A DNA stretch of 64,000 bases from NCBI RefSeq assembly GCF_000315625.1, contig NW_005434673.1, positions 124,001-188,000 on the forward strand, given 5' to 3'. The notes beneath the pieces are model-generated. The model did no database searches. It was not told the DNA's origin and saw only the letters and a program-made list of their open reading frames with translations. Positions 61,376 to 64,000 of the stretch are shown here, in pieces. The first letter of the stretch is position 1, and each line of letters opens with the position of its first letter. The stretch is from Guillardia theta CCMP2712. Lineage: Eukaryota > Protista > Cryptophyta. The translations under genes were made by a program, and so were the position numbers.

Positions 61376-64000
61376 TGCTGATTGGGGACAAAGGTTTCAC
61401 AGCGGAAGTGTTTATATCGGGCAAAAGGTTCGCGTCAATTTGGAAGGGGAGGGAAACAGCAACCGGGAAGTCGATGGGGTTGTTGTTGCTTGGAAACCTG
61501 GAAGACCTCTAGTTAAAGAGAATCAAGAGAACCCAGAAGACTCTCCAGTGTGGAAAGTAGAGATCGACGATTACAAGATCAAGTGCACAGAGATAGGGGA
61601 GTTTGACCTTATTCAAGCGATGGAATCATACCTGCGAAGTCAGCGAGAGAGCTATGTTCGCAAGCTGAAGTCCCTCAAACAGACCTTCTCGACCGCCAAC
61701 AGCGAAGTCAAGGAAACAACCAGACCTACTAGAGGCTTTGGCGGGCAGTCACGAAACAGGAGTAATGCTTTGGAATTGAAAGATCTCTTTGGGATCAAAA
61801 TCCCTGAGAACGCAAACCTAGTCTGCAAGAATCAAGTGGGAACTGTTCGCGATGGCAAAATCATCTGCCGGTATTCCTTGGAGATTTTCTTTTTTCATTG
61901 TAATTTTTGTGCAGAGGAAAGACATATGAGACCATAACTGCATTTGCGCATAAATGTGGGGTTTCCATCGAATTGAACGGATGGGATGCGGTTTGGTGTG
62001 GAACTAGGAAAATGTCAGATATTAGAGAAGAGTTTTTCAAGGAGCTCCACTCAGAGTCGAACATTGAAAAGATTCTGACAGTCAAGACTGAGGCCTCCGC
62101 ACAATCTCTCTTGAACAAGCTGCAGACTGAGAAATCAAAGGACGAGTCGTCGCTCAAAAGAATTGCTTCCCCATTCGAATACGACAAAGGCATGAAAGAG
62201 TTCAAGAAGCTGAAACGCTCCATGCAAAAGATCAACCCTTGCAACTCTGCTTTCAACACACAAGGGGCCAAATCTGATGGGAAGGGGAAGTTCTCTTCAC
62301 TAGACACACACGAAAAGAAGTCATCAAGGAGCAATGGAGACTGTAAGGAAAATCCTGCAAGCAATCCGTCCAATGGCTCGGAAGACTCAGAAGAGGATTG
62401 GCTGTGCACAGGAAGCATCTACTTGGGGCTGAGGATCAGTCGATTCGCCTACTCTGAAGGCGTTCAGACAACAAATCTCCTGAATGCCACAGTGATCAAG
62501 TGGCTTCCAGAACACCTTGCGGATTTCACCTCGTCCATGACAGGAAAGTCTGCAGCCCTCTGGAAGATCCGATTTGACGATGACGCATACTTTCAAGAAG
62601 ACCTTGAGGAGTATGAGCTCATCGAGGCTCTGATCTTGTTCCGCAAGAAGTACTGCCAAGACTGGCTGGGGCATAGGATACTGCGGACTTTGCACGGTTA
62701 TGGAGATCTTGTTGGGGAGGTGGTTGACTTCGAGAGGAACGAGGAGGTCTGGCAACTTGAGATCGACCCGGAGGACATCGACGTAACCAAGCTGCAAGGG
62801 ATCCCACACATTGGTCTTTTCCGTGTTACCTATGAGAATGGTGTGTTAGAAGAGCACCTGACGTGGGATGAAGTTGTGTCTTGCTGCATGAAGGGCCCAT
62901 TCGCGCACAAGGATGGGTGCGATTCATCTGCAATCGCCAAGGGATTAGTAGCAACATTCGATGCAAAGAAGCAATCAGTAGAGAAGGAAAAGTTCAACAC
63001 TTACAAACTCGTAGAGCAAACCTCGAACAAAGTAAGTTCTTTCCTCGTCCTCCTTCATCTCTTGTAAAGGAGATGCTCCTTACAGGTTGTCTGCAATCTG
63101 ATACCCGACATTTTCTCAACCGCTTTCAAGAAGGTGACGTCTTGCTGTATCCTTGAGAGAGGCTGATGTAATGTCGGCCAGCCACAGGAAGACACACTAC
63201 TTTCCTCTCCTTCCCTGACCTCGACTGTCACCGACATTGGAGAGCAACTCAGTCAGGAAAGGTCTCATGAAACAGCGAATTCTTTGGAATCAGGAGACGA
63301 GCTTGATGACGAAGCGAAGTTCAAAAAGGGGGAGGAGAAGCAAGATGAGGATGAGGACGAGGACGAGATCTCACTACAGAAAGTCAACGAGCTCATCCTA
63401 CTTCAACCCACTCCTCCCATGATCGTGGAGAACAATCAGCTCATTGAATGTGAGGACAACGGAAGCTTCCTCCCGGCCCGCATCGCGCAGATCGACGAAG
63501 CAGAGGAGAGAGTGAAAGTTCACTTCCTCGGTTGGAACTCCAGGCACGACCAGTGGGTCCCCATGAGGACCAGACGCATCCGTCTCCCTCCTGCCCTAGG
63601 GGGAGGCGATCCCAACGATGGAGTTTTGGAGGCTCCTTCCATGCTCCCCCCGGACCTCCAGACTATCGCGGACATTCAGCGCTTCAAACGTCAGGCAGAC
63701 GCACTGGGAGGGTATGGGACGAGAAAGTCCAAGAGGCTGGCGAGCAGCTCGGCCCCAGCTGAGAGGAGCGACGAGTTGCACACGTACCTCAACTCGGGAG
63801 GTTGCCGCATCCCCGCAGCAAAGAAGGTAGCGCTCCCAGCCCTCCTCCTCTCTTCCATTGGTCTTCCTCGCAGCGCCATGGCGGCTACTCAGCGCATGCT
63901 AGCAAGGACCAGCGACTTGAGCTTAATGCCCATCATGGCAGGAGAAGTATTTGAAAGCAGTGGAAAGGAGGACAACGCTCCGGTGGGCAGGGGAAGCGAG
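61376..64000 (+). CDS. Chromatin-associated protein with several Tudor-like domains, a RAMA domain and a Tudor-knot/chromo-barrel; partial at both ends
   Basis: RAMA-like: LKDLFG...GTVRDGKIICR|GKTYETITAFAHKCGVSIELNGWDAVWCGTRKMSDIR (intron 61871-61914). Tudor-like: YLGLRISRF...ATVIKW...LWKIRFDD...EDLEEYEL and WLGHRILR...GEVVDF...FRVTYENGVLEEHLTWDEV. Tudor-knot: ARIAQIDEAEERVKVHFLGWNSRHDQWV. Confidence 0.78.

Noticed and set aside
1-64000. tRNA or rRNA genes
   Set aside because: No cloverleaf or rRNA-like conserved sequence was noticed by eye. tRNAscan-SE and Infernal would be needed to exclude them.

Overview
Eukaryotic nuclear DNA with five N gaps. It is gene-dense, with many short (~45-55 nt) GT-AG introns, GGA/CCT microsatellites and bipartite signal+transit leaders. 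This style fits a secondary-plastid alga, most likely the cryptophyte Guillardia theta (inference, not database-confirmed). The standout feature is an intronless, AT-rich 642-aa Fanzor (eukaryotic TnpB-derived RNA-guided nuclease; 51239-53167, minus). It is followed by a strongly base-paired candidate omegaRNA and bounded by short imperfect inverted ends (about 51089-53664), with a TTAAG TAM-like word at the 5' junction. Together these look like a complete OMEGA cassette with no transposase. Recognisable host genes: CCDC153/DRC12, a double-PZP BRPF/JADE-like protein, a probably plastid-targeted CbiX-like chelatase, an NPL4 with a signal peptide and LRLRGG leader (SELMA candidate), p23, an EGF-repeat protein, a PKD2-like channel interrupted by a Gypsy integrase relic, Mpv17/PMP22, a MAPR cytochrome b5 protein, a pseudokinase, BUB3, a plastid GNAT, a Myb-like protein, an RBR E3 ligase and a RAMA+multi-Tudor chromatin protein. 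Exon boundaries were read by eye and are approximate.
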